A DNA stretch of 64,000 bases from Harriotta raleighana (GCA_050575255.1 JBNZDD010013639.1:124001-188000), one strand, 5' to 3'; positions 37,302 through 50,169 are shown, numbered from the stretch's first letter. Translations and numbers: made by a program. Notes: a model not told the origin generated them from the sequence alone.

Positions 37302-37432
37302 TTGTGCCAAGCAGTAGGATGGCTTTCATGCACAGGAACTCTTCGAAGGTCAGTTGCAGTCGCACAAATTCTAGGCTGATCTTTTGCATCCCTTGACATA
37401 ACTCGTACATGGCTGATTGCTGCATCCGTTGC
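37302..37432 (-). CDS. NR3C2: NR3C2 exon 7
   Basis: ttaaacAG|...ACAA|GTaggc; 131 nt; not in the ORF track; (E)[43 protein letters not shown]; has MR-type Ser843 and Leu848 (Pro and Gln in bony-vertebrate GR). Confidence 0.96.
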
Positions 37433-37629
37433 CTGTTTAAAAACAAAGTTAAAGATTACATTGATGTCAACTGCATTTCATCACATTATTTGGTCAATGT
37501 GAACTCTATTACATGCAAATAGAAGATCTTTTCATCCAAAGAACCACAATAGACTTCGAGTGAAGATCAGATAATCATATGTTCAGACCATCTTAACTAC
37601 ACTTTGCAGTTACTATTATATGCTTTGTT

Positions 37630-37990
37630 ATTCGGGACTTTGAGCTCATAGCCTAGGATTGGTGGAGATGCCGTATTTCAGATGAAATATTAAACCAATA
37701 TTATTTGAAAAGAGAGAGGAGTTTCTCCTGGTATCCTGGCAAACACTGCCCCGATAACATTGGTCATTCACTTCATAGCTTGACTGTCCAGATCCTTGAG
37801 ACGTCCCACTGACGTGAAAGGCACTATAATAAACACGATTTATTATTTTCTTGTGCACACCACGGTGCACAAATTGCCTGTGACAATATTACCCAGTCAC
37901 TCAACTCTATAATAAAATCTGGTGCAGTGCTTTGAGACCTTTCAACAATATGATGAAACTCTATATCAAATACAAGGATTATTTATTTAT
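37630..37990 (+). mobile_element. Old SacSINE1-like DeuSINE with a nested tail fragment
   Basis: ggagatgccgtatttcagatgaaatattaaacc...ggagtttctcctggtatcctggc. Confidence 0.6.
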
Positions 37991-38149
37991 CAAATACAGA
38001 ATTTTATTCTCCTGTATTGACGGACATTGATATCTTTGTAATCTATGCTTTCCTTATGACAGAACCTGCAGATTATTTTCATGTCAATTTGGCACTACGG
38101 AATATATAGTTCCGCTACCACTAATATTACACATCTACTCACCCGCACA

Positions 38150-38478
38150 ATACTCTGCACCCCTATCATACCAGTCCTTGCTTCAGGCTCCCAATTACTG
38201 AACGGATGGATTTAGAACGAGTGATCCTCTCATCTCATTTTCAATCCCTTCATGCTCTTGCACCTCTCTCCCTACATATCCAATTTGCTTACCCCCTCCC
38301 TACCCTCACTCCACCACCAGCAGCTTTTGTTCGGTTGGTTCTGGCCTCTTGTCCCTTGTCCCCTCCACTGTAACATTGGTGGCCATGGCTCTGTGTCAGA
38401 CTCCACCAATGTGCCGCTATCTGGGCCCTTATCCTGTGTGAAGGGCACTATATAAATGCAAGTTGTTGTTGTTATTAT
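38150..38478 (+). mobile_element. Decayed L2 3' fragment
   Basis: ctccctacatatcc...gcactatataaatgcaagttgttgttgtt tail. Confidence 0.65.
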
Positions 38479-39645
38479 TCCTCATCTTCATTGACAGATT
38501 ATTGTTTAACTTGGATATGTTGGGAGAAGAAATGTGACATTCTTCCTCCTTGCTTGGCTTTCCCATATGTACTGTCCTGGGTTGACAGAATGTCCGAATG
38601 ATCTGCTCAAACATATCTGAAACTGTTCGCTGGAAAGTACACGTGGGCACAAACCCACATCCTACCCCTTTCCTCCTCAGCCTGTTAGTATTCAGTGTGA
38701 CGTGGCCCAATGTGCTATGTGGCAGGAATCATTAACATAGCAAGAATCTTTTACCAGTGAAGATTCAACAAGCCTTTTTTGCCCAATAGCACAACCATTA
38801 ATAAGATTAGACCTAGTAATATACGAACGAGCGCAAATAAATTCATACAGATATTACTTAATGTTTCAGTTATAAGAAAAAGATTGCTTTCAAATATGAA
38901 ACTAATTAAAGTGTGTAAATTGCGTATAACCAGCGATCTTACTGATGGTATCTCTACAAATATACCCTGAATGTTGCAAAACATATGTTTCTTTTTCCAG
39001 TACTGATAAAAATGTGAATAATTCAGAGTGAGTGTAAACAACACCACTCCTTCCTGTTCAACAGCAAAGTGAAACTGAGGTGCAATGCACTCAGTAACAC
39101 ACAACTATCATCCTAATCAGCTTTGTACAGTTACATAACACAAATTGCATTTAATTATTCAGTCCATATAAACAGCAAGTAGTTTGTTACTCATGCACAT
39201 ACTCGACTGCCTAACAGAAAAGCCAAAAAGAACTGACTATTTTCCATGGGTTGCCCATCATGGGAAGTCAAGAGGACTGTATAAATATAGATAAACTCCT
39301 CAGAAACATTACGTAAACAACCAAGTGTTGAAACACTGTCAGCCTTAAATATACTTGAACAGACTTTTGTCAAGCGTAATTCATGGTGAACTGATTAGAA
39401 ATGCAATGTAGGGCGGGGGGGAATTTAATACAACAGAAGCCTTATGGTAAAATCAAAGCAGTAAAACTGGAACTGAAGAATGGAGACAGTTGCGGGTTTG
39501 AATATGGATAACTGTATGCTCAAGGTTCTTCATACAATAAGGTTGAATTTTACTCATATTCTATTTTTATATAAATTACTATTAATCCTGTATAAACAAA
39601 CAATCTCCATATTCATCGACAGTAATTTTTTGCTGAAACAATATA

Positions 39646-40151
39646 CTTTAAAAGCTTGTTTATCCGTGACTTGATAAGTCACCAGAACTTCCGAATAACT
39701 GTTACGTCAAAAAAAAGTCCCCATCCAATTAACCGGATGTTATCCGGCACAATAGCGGTGGTGCATTTAATGAATTGATTGTTGCACGAGAGGTATTTCG
39801 GTTTGGCACTAGAGCCTTAAAGTCACGCTACTGTTTTTTTTCCTCCTGTGGCGACCACCATTGCAGACGTTAAGTATAGATAATAAAGTACTATTACAAT
39901 ATTCTGTTCTTACAATATCTGTTATTACTATATTTAATCTATTATCTATATGGTACAATGTACAACATTTACAATAAAGTAGCCATACAATATTCTGTTA
40001 TTATTTCATCTATTATTAATATGGTATGTGTTAAAATAAGTTAATTTTTTTTGTGTAGGGTTTTTGGCGTCGGATCCGACCTTTTAACCGGCAAGCCGTT
40101 TAACCGGCATTGGCCAGGTCCCGTGGGTGCCAGATAAACAGGCTTTTACAG
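39646..40151 (+). mobile_element. MITE (pogo/Tigger-like), mutated TIRs
   Basis: TA|CTTTAAAAGCTTGTTTATCCG...CAGATAAACAGGCTTTTACAG|TA; interior shared with 53630-54035. Confidence 0.82.
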
Positions 40152-40544
40152 TACCTTTAATACACCTTAAACCCTTGTGTTATATGATCCCCTTACAGGC
40201 AAGTATGTTGGAAGAAGTTATGGACAGAAAATGTTTGCATGTCTTTTATTCTCATTGCATCATTAACATACAGACTCTCCACTCCACCCATCTCACTATC
40301 CTGGCCTCTTTTGTAGTGTAAGCAAACAAAGAGGCCATTTATTCCTTAGGATAAAAAGATCACAACCTTAGTTCAGATGAAGAGGGCACTGCAGCCCATT
40401 TGATCTGATTCTTCTAGAATAATCACACCATCAACAACACCTGAAAATGCAGAACGGACACTGGGGGTGTGGAACCATCTCACTCAGCTGCTGTTAACCG
40501 TGCAAGCCAAAGACCTAACATAATGTGATCCTAGCTGGACATGC

Positions 40545-41030
40545 AATAACAACAACAACTTGGATTTATATAGGGCCCTCCAGGCCAGATGGAGTCTCAG
40601 AGCGCTTCACATTTCCGGAGCCCGAGGCCGAGCCAGATGGAGTGGGAAGGTGACCATGGTCGAAAAGAAAGGTCTTCAGGCGCGACCTGAAAATGGAAAA
40701 GGAGGGGGTGAGGCGGAGGCATTGAGTTTCAGAGTTTTTGGTCGTAGTGACTGAAAGCATGGCCACCTATGGTGGAGTGGAGGATTCGGGGGACAAGAAG
40801 GAGGCCACACCCAGTACTGCCTCGGTAATGGGTACTGCTATAAGGAGAGAGGAGGTGAGAGAAGTAGGGGATGTGTTGAGGAGTGGAGGGCTTTAAATAT
40901 AAGAGTGAGGATCTTCAAATCAAGCCGCTCTGTGACAGGCAGTCAGTGAAGTCTGGTGAGGACTGGGGTAATCAGGGAGGGAAGTTTGGTTTGGGTGAGA
41001 ATGCGGGTGGCTGAGTTCTGTATGAGCTGG
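40545..41030 (-). mobile_element. L2 LINE 3' fragment
   Basis: (AAC)n tail; SIFRSRLKTFLF on - strand is the L2 ORF2 terminus. Confidence 0.82.
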
Positions 41031-41521
41031 ATAAGCAGAGGGAAAGCTTGCCAGACAGGAGTATCAATAGCAAGATATGAGGGTTTAGCTGGTTAGATTC
41101 CAGCAGTATCTCAACTCATATTCTGGTGTCGCAAGCCTTAGTTCTGACAACCCTCCTAATACTTTCCAGAATTAGATAAGCAGAATGCATCCCTCCAGGG
41201 AGAGAGTGTGCATTCCAACAATCTGGGATTTCTATGCAATAGTGGGATGCATGGATTTCTCAGCTTAGTTTGGATTCTCTGAAGCATGGTGATCAGTTTC
41301 TGCATGTGTCAAGACACTGGGTTGAACAAAGAAAAAGCAATAATAGTACATAATGGAAGTACCACCAAACATAGGGAGAGTGAACCTCAACCATTGCAAA
41401 AAATAATGAAACAAAGCAGGCCCAGTTCATCCTGATTAACCCTTCTGAGCTACAGTGAGTTTTTAATACATAATCCTGATGTACAGATCTAACCAGTGTT
41501 GGTCTCTCTGCAGATGACAGG

Positions 41522-42062
41522 TTTATTTATTTATTTATTTATATTATATTATATTTATATAGCGCCTTTCACGTCGGGAGGACGTCCCAAGACGGGGGAG
41601 GGGGAAGAAAGGTAGGAAAAGTTGTACTGAATATTTGTGGGCGAAACGCGGCAGCCAAATTGCGCACAGCAGTGTCCCACAAACAGTCATGGAAGCGAGG
41701 GGGCCAGGGATGAAAGGGGGAAAGAGGGTAAGGGGAGGGGTCGGGGTAGGGGGAAGAGAGCAGGAAAATCAGGTGTATATTTGGGGGTGAAATGCGGCAG
41801 CCAAATTGCGCACAGCAGTGTCCCACAAACACACACGGAAATGGGGCCGGGGGAGAAAGGGGGAAAAGATGGCAAGGGGGGAGACAGAGGGAAAAGTGGG
41901 TGGGGCAAAATTAGGGGGGAAAAAGGGGGGAGAAAGGGGGACAAGGGAGAAATCAGGGAGGACAAGGAGGGAGAAATGGTGGCAAGGGGGAAGAGGGAGG
42001 GAAAGGTGGTGGGAGGCAAAACCAGGGAGAAAGGGGGGCAAGAGGGAAGAGGGAGGGAAGGT
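41522..42062 (-). mobile_element. Composite SINE-like element: two Deu cores separated by G-rich spacers, L2 tail, (TTTA)n/(TTATA)n end
   Basis: gcggcagccaaattgcgcacagcagtgtcccacaaaca occurs twice (~41648 and ~41794); tail tatagcgcctttcacgtcgggaggacgtccca as at 7065. Confidence 0.7.
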
Positions 42063-43969
42063 TCCATTGTAATTGATCTCAGTGCAACTTCAGTCAGCTG
42101 AAACACTAATTGGAGTCAGGCCCCTGAATGCACAGACACTGCAAACATTTTATCGACTGTGATGAAAGAAAAGACTTTTAAAAAAAAGTGGGTTCAAAGT
42201 CTCAACCGATGGGAACCACCATCACATATTTTTGAATTTAGCTTCACAAACAGTGAATAACAGTGGGTAATACGCTGCTAAGAGTATTACCCACAACAAC
42301 AATTAGAAATCTCTGGGATTTCCATGTAGGTGGAGGTGGGATGCATGGAATTTTCAGCTCGATTTGGAAACTCTGAAGCACGGTGATCATACACAGCAGA
42401 CATGTATGGATTTATATTGCATTCCTGAATTTATAACCGCATCTGACAAACTGGGACTTAAGAGGTCCACTTAAAGAGTTAAGTATCAACCACTATATCT
42501 CCTCATATCAAATGCACATTCGCTTTTCAAATTGAATAATGCAACATTATGACTATTAAATATTAATGTAATAATATTAATTATTTTAGCAAAACACAAT
42601 GTATTAATAATGAGTTAAATCCAATAATGAAAAGGTATGATATTTATTTTGGGTTGAGAACGAAATTGATAATTTGTACAATGTCTGTTAGCACAGTGCT
42701 GAGTGCATCTGCCTTGTTAACTCTTCAGTCAACCTCTCTGCTAATAATGTGGAGACCAAAAACGCATTTCAGTGTTTAGTTTTGTTATGGAAACATGATC
42801 ACTCTTCTACCGAACAGTATCTCAATGAAGAAGGTAAATGTTTGCACATTACTCCAACATGACATTCAGTATAGCTCCCTCGGCGCAAAGTCAATTCAAG
42901 CACCTTGTCAAACTTACTTCAAATTAAAGTGCGTACCCAATGAATTCATTAAAATTGAAGGATGAACACAGGCTAGGATTTCGCCACTGTGAGAAGAAAT
43001 AATAAATCGCATGAAACACCTACTAAATCACATAGTTAAGAATTTGACACTGAATCTGAAAGTTGGCGGTTCCAAGTTTCAGTTCTGTGAGATGAAGCAG
43101 TGACCCCCTATAGATCATTCCATCTCAATGAGACACATTCCACTTTTCTTCCTCAAATCCCACCTTCTGCTGGCTGCTGAGGATGCAGCAGTGACAGAAA
43201 TTGTGGAGAGGCCCACAAACAATACACTGTTACACTCCTAGTTGGAGAATCTATTGTGTGAAGCAGCAAAAAAAAGAACAGTGGGAACACAGCAAGTGGG
43301 GTGAGATGCATTAACTAAGAAATGATTAGGAAACTGAGTATATTAAACATCAATTGCTATGTAAATGTCCGCCCATGAGAGATGAGACACATGTGACTCT
43401 CCCCACCCCTCACCCACACCCAACCCCCCCCACTGTGTTCAAACGTAGTGATAAATAATCATCTGAAGTATGCAAATTAATTCTTTGGACAGTTCAGCTT
43501 TGCCACAATTCAATAAGTTTTTTTGGTTTCTTTTATATCTGTGACTGCCGCTGTGTGCAGCGGGTTAGTTTGATGGGTATTTTGGAGGCTCTTCTGACAG
43601 TTCTTTAAGACTATTTTTGGCCATTTAGGGAGCGAGCGGCTGGGAGATTTCTCTTTACTTCAGTCAACTTGATGAGCTTTTGACTGCAGGCTGTTGTAGC
43701 TGAGATAGCTCACAGAGTGTCTGGGTGAGTGGGTTGCTGGTAGTAAAGCTCGCAGTCCCTGTCTGTGCACTGCACTTCTTCCAGCGGGGAGAAGGCAATT
43801 TGTTTGTGTTCAAAAGCAGAACAATACTCAAACAATATCCTTGTGGCTCTTTTTCTCCCCCTTTTCTGTATGTTTGGACATTTGTACCACTCGGCTATCT
43901 ATCTAAGACACAGTGAATAGTTGAAATCATTTCAGTTCACCTTACTATGCAGCATTAAAGCAAAACCAT

Positions 43970-44500
43970 TAATAACAAAATTAGAATTGTATAATGCTTT
44001 TCATGTCGGAAGGACATCCAATGACTAGACCAACAGTATTCCGGACTTAAGCTGGGGGTAGAAATAGGAAAGTGGAGGGCAGGGGAGGAAGGAGGTTGAT
44101 CGAAAGCACAGTTAAAAAGAACAGCCTTAAGGTGGGTCTTGAAGGAGGTTTTGGGCTAGGCGGGGGAACTGAGGGATGGAGTTCCAGAGGGTGGGGGCAG
44201 GATGGTTGAAGGCCTGCCCGGCATGGTAGATGGGCGAGGCGGAAGGCATAAAGCAGACTGGAGCCCGCTGAGCGGAGGGAGCAGGCAAGTTGGTAGGGGG
44301 TTAGGAGGTCACAGAAGTAGGGGGGAGTAAGGCCACAGAGGGCTTGAAGGTGAGGACCAGGATCTTGAACTGTATCCTGAGTGATGGGAAGCTAGTGGGA
44401 GTCGGGCGAGTGTGGTGGTATGATCATGGAGCCTAGTGCGGGAGAGGATACGGGCTGCAGAGATCTGGATGTTCTGGAGGCAGGAGTTGGGGAGGAATGC
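43970..44500 (-). mobile_element. L2 LINE 3' fragment
   Basis: gggatggagttccagagggtgggggcag and gctgagcggagggagc motifs shared with 27980-28365. Confidence 0.8.
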
Positions 44501-45417
44501 ATGTATGAGAGTTAAATCAGGCTGATTGATGACTGAGAAGATTACTAGTTCTGGGCCCTGAAAGTTCTCACCGTTTCTGCTTATGATGTGGCTCTAAAGT
44601 GATGAGGGTGGCAATGGAATGTCAATATTGAGTCAACTATATGCTGTTGTCTTGGTAATTCAGTTCCTCAACCAGGCGGATCTGCAGAGCTCCAGGGTAC
44701 GACTGGTGAAAGATCAGCTAGCCTGGCGTGCCCATTAATCCTGCAAGTCAAAGCCCTGAAGGACAGGATTGACCAACAGCAATGGAAAGCTTGCCATATA
44801 ATGCATTCAATAACAAGTTATCAGGGTTGAGTTAGGTAAATTCCAGCAGTATCTCAATAACTACTCTGGGATTCCCAAGATTTTGACTCTCGTCAACCCA
44901 CTCCAAATACTCTCTGGAATTAGGTCTCCATGGAGATAGTGTGCATTCATTCCATTCAAGACACACAGATGTCCATGCCATGCACATAGTGTGATGGCAA
45001 ATTCAATCTGGTTTGGATACTCTAAAGCACAGTGATAGGTTTCCACTTGTTTCAGACACCCGGCTTCCTAATTAGATTGCATGCTCTTTTCCCATTCCCT
45101 TGAAAACTGATTCAAACTCTAATGAGCGACTTGGTGGCATTACTAGTGTAACAGTGACAAAAATGATATACCTTCATCAGTTCTTTCTGTATGACCGGAG
45201 ATAATTGTCCCCATATCTGAAGCAGAAGAATTTGCTGGAGTTTAATTGACTAATTTATTGGACATTTATGAAGACTCTGTCAAAGTCGATACAGATGAAG
45301 ATATCTAAGCCAGAGTATGACTTCAAGGTAGTATTCAGTTGAAGTAAAAGTTGAGAAATATCTTGTAACATTGGAATCTAGCTTAAACCTTTATAAGAGT
45401 GAACCAAAGGTTGAGTG

Positions 45418-45635
45418 ACAACAACAACAAAATTGCACTTATATAGCACCTTTCGTGTCAGGAGGACAACCCAAGGTGCTGGACAGGCATTGTTTCAGAC
45501 CCAAGCTGAGGATAGTGAGGATGAAAGGAAAGGAGAGGGATTTGGGGTGACCGATGGGGCTGTCGAAGAGGAGGGTCTTGAGGCGGGATTTGAAGGAAGC
45601 TGGGGAGGGGTCGAGACGGAGAGAATGTGGGATGA
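45418..45635 (-). mobile_element. L2 3' fragment
   Basis: ASFKSRLKTLLF on - strand, (AAC)n tail. Confidence 0.8.
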
Positions 45636-45819
45636 CAAAATGTGACACACAGCAGAAAGCAGAATGTCTCAGACAATACATTTTGAATTAGGATCAGGAA
45701 AAAGTCACAAGTCAGGCTTCCACATGAATCAGATGGGAGGAATGTGTGCTGACTCCAGTTAGGTCTTCAAAATGATTTCACGAAAGTCAAACTTCACTCT
45801 TGTTGAGAAAGTTTGAAGT

Positions 45820-46215
45820 TATTTGGCCTTCCACAGGGCATCAGATCCTCACATTCGTATTCAAATCCACTCACTGCCTGGCACCTCCCTACCTCTTCAA
45901 AATCCTCATTCCCCATTCCTTCACCCAGAGCCTTCCCTCGACTGGTAGCGGTCTCTTGCTCATTCCTCACACCCTCTGCCCCATCATCAGAGGTTGCACT
46001 TTCAGCCAGTATACCCCAAACTCTGGAACACTTTCCCTGAATCTTACTCCTTCTCCCCCTTTTCTAGTCCCACCTGAAAACCTTCCTTTCCGATTATGTT
46101 TACCGCCACCTTCCCCCAATATGCCCCCCATCCCCTCCCCACCCCCAGCTGCTCGGAGTCAGACTCTGCAACATTAAGAGCTCTGAGACTCTACCTGGCA
46201 TGAAAGTTGTTGTTA
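45820..46215 (+). mobile_element. L2 3' fragment
   Basis: QILTFVFKSTHCLAPPYLFKILIPHS..SLPSTGSGLL, L2 ORF2 C-terminus. Confidence 0.8.
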
Positions 46216-47454
46216 TAGTTCGGAGTTGTACTTGTGCATTTTTCATTCCAATTTTTCACAGTTTCATTTTGGCCTTGGTGGTGGGGCATCTGTTTTTACT
46301 TCTGGGCAGGACAGATTTATTCTGATGCTATTTCTGGTGTGGAAGGTCTTTATTTACTCCGGCCGAGTGTACTGTACGCACAAGAGAAAATGACTCATTC
46401 ACGAGGATCTTTGAAAACACACAAGGGAAAGAGAGCAAACTTTTTCCGCTGTTGGAAATCGGAGATGAAAGCAATTTCCACATACTATACCGCAGTTCTG
46501 TACTATACTTGAATAATCAGAGGAACTTACAGAGTTTGTAGAGCCATATACAGATGCTTAGTTAATTCCTGTCACTGCACACTACACTGTATATTCCTGG
46601 TGTACAAGTTATTTACAGACCATTCTTGTGATTTTGTTACTTCTTTGTGAAATATATTTCTTCCTCCATTGTTAGTCCTACACTCAGTTAGGATAATGAA
46701 AGCTGTTGTGGGATGTTTGCTAAACTGATAAAATTTATAGGAACATAATAAATGGAGTATCCCAATCAGTCTGATCAGCGTGATCGGCATTAAGTTGATC
46801 TGGCAACTCTTCTTAATTCAACATTACTGCCTTTTCCCCACCCACACACCCAGATTTTTGGATGGTCAGTTGAGTCTATGAACCTCTGAGGCAGTCCGTT
46901 CCAGTGAAGGTTGCGGTGTAGACCCAAATCTATGCCTAAAATATGACAGGGATATTTTACAGAGATGGTATAACATGGCATAAACTGCGTAGTATAACTC
47001 GGTTATCCATGGTTAACACGAGGCTCATACTGCACCCAAACTTCTACATCTGAGAAGTCATTTACGAACATTCATTGCATCTGTCGAGATTAGATTTGAA
47101 CCCATATTATGTGCTATTTTTAAATGTGTATTTGATGTCTGCACCAATCATACTGGTATTTTGGCATGACATCATTTTGACGCTATCATTAGGCCAGTAG
47201 GTACACATATAAAAATGGAAAGCCACCAATGCACTTAAACTCACATTTTTCCAGTGAGAATTACTGATGAGGCAGTCACGGAATTCACATCTATAAATGA
47301 CACCAAGTAGTCAATGTGGGTCCTTGCCACCTCCATCAAAGCACTGAGTAGAGGGGACATAATACTATTTGGGAAGGAAGGAAAGCCAAGAAGAATTCAT
47401 GCTGAACAGGAGAAAATCTAGCATGTACACATTCAAAAAAAGACTGGACACATA

Positions 47455-47610
47455 ACTGAGGGAGAATAATGTTGAGGAATATGGGGAAAAGGCTAGGATA
47501 TGGGATTTGGAATAGGATCTAGGATAGGCATTCATGGAGTACAAACATCAGCCATACTGGATGGGCTGAATAGCCTATTTCTCAGCTATATGTTCTATGA
47601 ATTTTCTATA
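47455..47610 (+). mobile_element. Decayed CR1 3' tail
   Basis: atatggggaaaaggc...gatgggctgaatagcct...ttctatgaattttctat. Confidence 0.6.
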
Positions 47611-48298
47611 AAAATAAATGTAATAATGGGATCAAATTCGATCATTCAAAAACGGAATCAGAATTAAATCCAAATCAAGACTTGAGACTAAATGTGAAAG
47701 AAAAATAATGCATTTTATAGTGTTAGAATGTTGAAATATTCCGAAGCCTTTACTGTGATAATGTCAAGCTTATTCACTGTTTTTAAATGCCAGCACAGCA
47801 GTTAATTTGTTCATAGGAAAGTCCCACAAACAGCCATGAGGTGAATGACCAATTTATCTACAGGATTCTTGACCTGAATCCCAAGAGAATCTCTTTACAT
47901 ATATTGTCACAATATCTTCAATAACCAATTGAAGGCTAGGCAGTGAGGTTACTAATCATAATAATCATCTGTATAATTTGATACAGTGCCTTATTACATC
48001 TGTGCTAATGCAACAGCTAGTTTGCACACTACCCCATCCAATAAACATCCATAAAGTGAATGAACAATTTTATGTGGGGATTGTTGGCCAGAACATAAGG
48101 AGAAATTCCCTTTCCTTCTTGAGTAAAGCCATAAGATCTTTAACAGGCAGACTAAACCACGGTTTAAAGCCTTTCAACTCAATCACAACCTTTCAACTGA
48201 ATGAGCTGAAATTGTCACTGCATTTCATTTAGTAAAGTCTGATATACCAATCAAGTAAAGAAACATAGAATGATAAGTGAAGAGAAATAGAAATAGGT

Positions 48299-48680
48299 AG
48301 AGTCCTGTAATGCAGTGGTTAACACACTCTCTTCACAAGTGAGAGGACCTAGATTTGATCTGAGCTGGGACGAAACCTTAGGCAAGTTTCCTTATTCCAC
48401 GCGTCTCTGTTTGCCTAGCAGTAAATAGGAACACATTTTTGATTGGAGGATTGCTTTCGGGGGGTAATAATCTCTTAAAAAGAATGTTTTTAAAAAAACA
48501 AATTAGGTTACTCAATCCACGACTGTTTGGGAGACACTTCTGTGTACAGTAGGCTACTACGAATTCTCCCACAAAATATATGCAATCAAATCGTTTTCCA
48601 GTAGATTATGTGAAGCACTTTGAGATGTCTCAAAGATGTAATTAGGTGCTATATTAAATGCCAGGATATTATATTATTAA
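48299..48680 (+). mobile_element. tRNA-Val-headed Deu-type SINE, long variant
   Basis: Head, ctctgtttgcctagcagtaaatagg segment, core and tail. Confidence 0.82.
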
Positions 48681-48820
48681 TATATTTTTCCTTTTCAAAA
48701 CTAAAAGGATCTAAATCACTGCATTCATAACCCTGAGATCACGATTGTGCCAGAGAGCTTTGCTTTCGGTCTACTCCTTGGACAAAAAAATTGCTGGAAT
48801 AGTCAACAGAAGGCAAAGTA

Positions 48821-49673
48821 CAGTAAAAGCCCGTTTATCCGTGACCCGATCAACCATAACTTCCGTATAATCCCACCTGAATAAAGGGTCCCCATTCGAA
48901 TAATCAGATCTTATGCGGCACAATCGTGGTGGAGCATTTAATGAGTCGATTGTCGCACGAGAGTACAGTATGATTAGTTCTGAATGCTACCAGTAGTGGC
49001 ACTTCTGTTTTTTCCTCTTAAAGTGGCACTGTTGGTTTTTCCTCTCCATCTTTCCTTCTTTTTCTCTCTTTCCCTTTTTTTCTTTCTCACTCTCCCTCTC
49101 CTTCCTTCCTCTATCTCTCTCTTTCTATCTCTTCTTTCTTTCTATCTCTTCTTTCTTTCTTTCTTTCCTTCCTTTCTATCTATCTTTCTATCCTTCTGTC
49201 TGTCTGTCTATCCTACCCTTCCTTCCTTTCTTTCTTTCTCTCTCTGATGAATACTACGGATTGCCTGTGTAGCCTGACTGTATCGTAGATTTATACACTG
49301 TTTTGGTGGGGGGTGGGAGGAGAGAGAGGGTGAGGGGGAAAGAGAAGGAAAGAGGAGGGGGAGAAAGAGAGAGGATTGGGAGGGGGAGAGAGAGGTGGGG
49401 GAGAGGAGGGGCGAGAGAGGGGGAGTGTTGATTTTTTTAGATGGAAAATGAGAGGAGTGGAGAAGTTTGCTTTGTGATTGTGTGCTGTTTACATACTGTA
49501 ATCAATATTTATTGCTTTATTCGTAAGTATCCATACAATATTCTGTTATTATTTAGTCCATTATTAATATGGTATGTTTTTAAAAAATGTTTTAGAAAAT
49601 TGTGTTGTGTTAAATTTTAGTCAAATATCGGCATGCCTGGTCCCGAGGGTGCCGGATAAAGGGGCTTTTACTG
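48821..49673 (+). mobile_element. MITE, long variant (853 bp) with internal CT-rich and GA-rich tracts
   Basis: TA|CAGTAAAAGCCCGTTTATCCG...CGGATAAAGGGGCTTTTACTG|TA. Confidence 0.88.
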
Positions 49674-50169
49674 TACCACCTACAAACTGATGTTTGTTTT
49701 TTGTGGTGTTTGGTAGTTTCAGGTGTTAAGATCAATTAACAGAAACTTGTGGTTTGTGAATGCCATATTTTAAACCCAAATGTCATTAAGGAAACCTGCC
49801 AAGTGAGAATGATCAAGATTTGTACAGTTTACTACTTCTCTGCAATATTCTAATGCTGACCTATATTTGATTCACTTGTTCTCTACTGCTTTCTGTCACA
49901 ACTTGCTGAATTAGGAATGAGATAGGGGGTGATTTTCCCTGCCCTCATTTTAATGTGTTTATATGCGAATATTCAACGGGAATGGTCAATTAATTCTGTA
50001 CAAATACAGTTATATCCAATAACATATATGAAAAGCGAATATGATAGTCTAATTTAATACTAGCAAACATTTCATTAAAAAAAATTATAAACATGGAAAA
50101 AAATGTTTACCATGGTCAAGGAAGAGCATTTATTGGAGATTTATACACGCCTATAGTTTAATGATAGCT

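Noticed and set aside
41637-42106. Overlapping 88-154 aa Gly/Lys-rich and Pro-rich ORFs
   Set aside because: Low-complexity G-rich spacer lacking stop codons inside a SINE-derived element.
48984-49247. Highly hydrophobic 87-aa ORF resembling a membrane protein
   Set aside because: Translation of the CT-rich tract inside a MITE.
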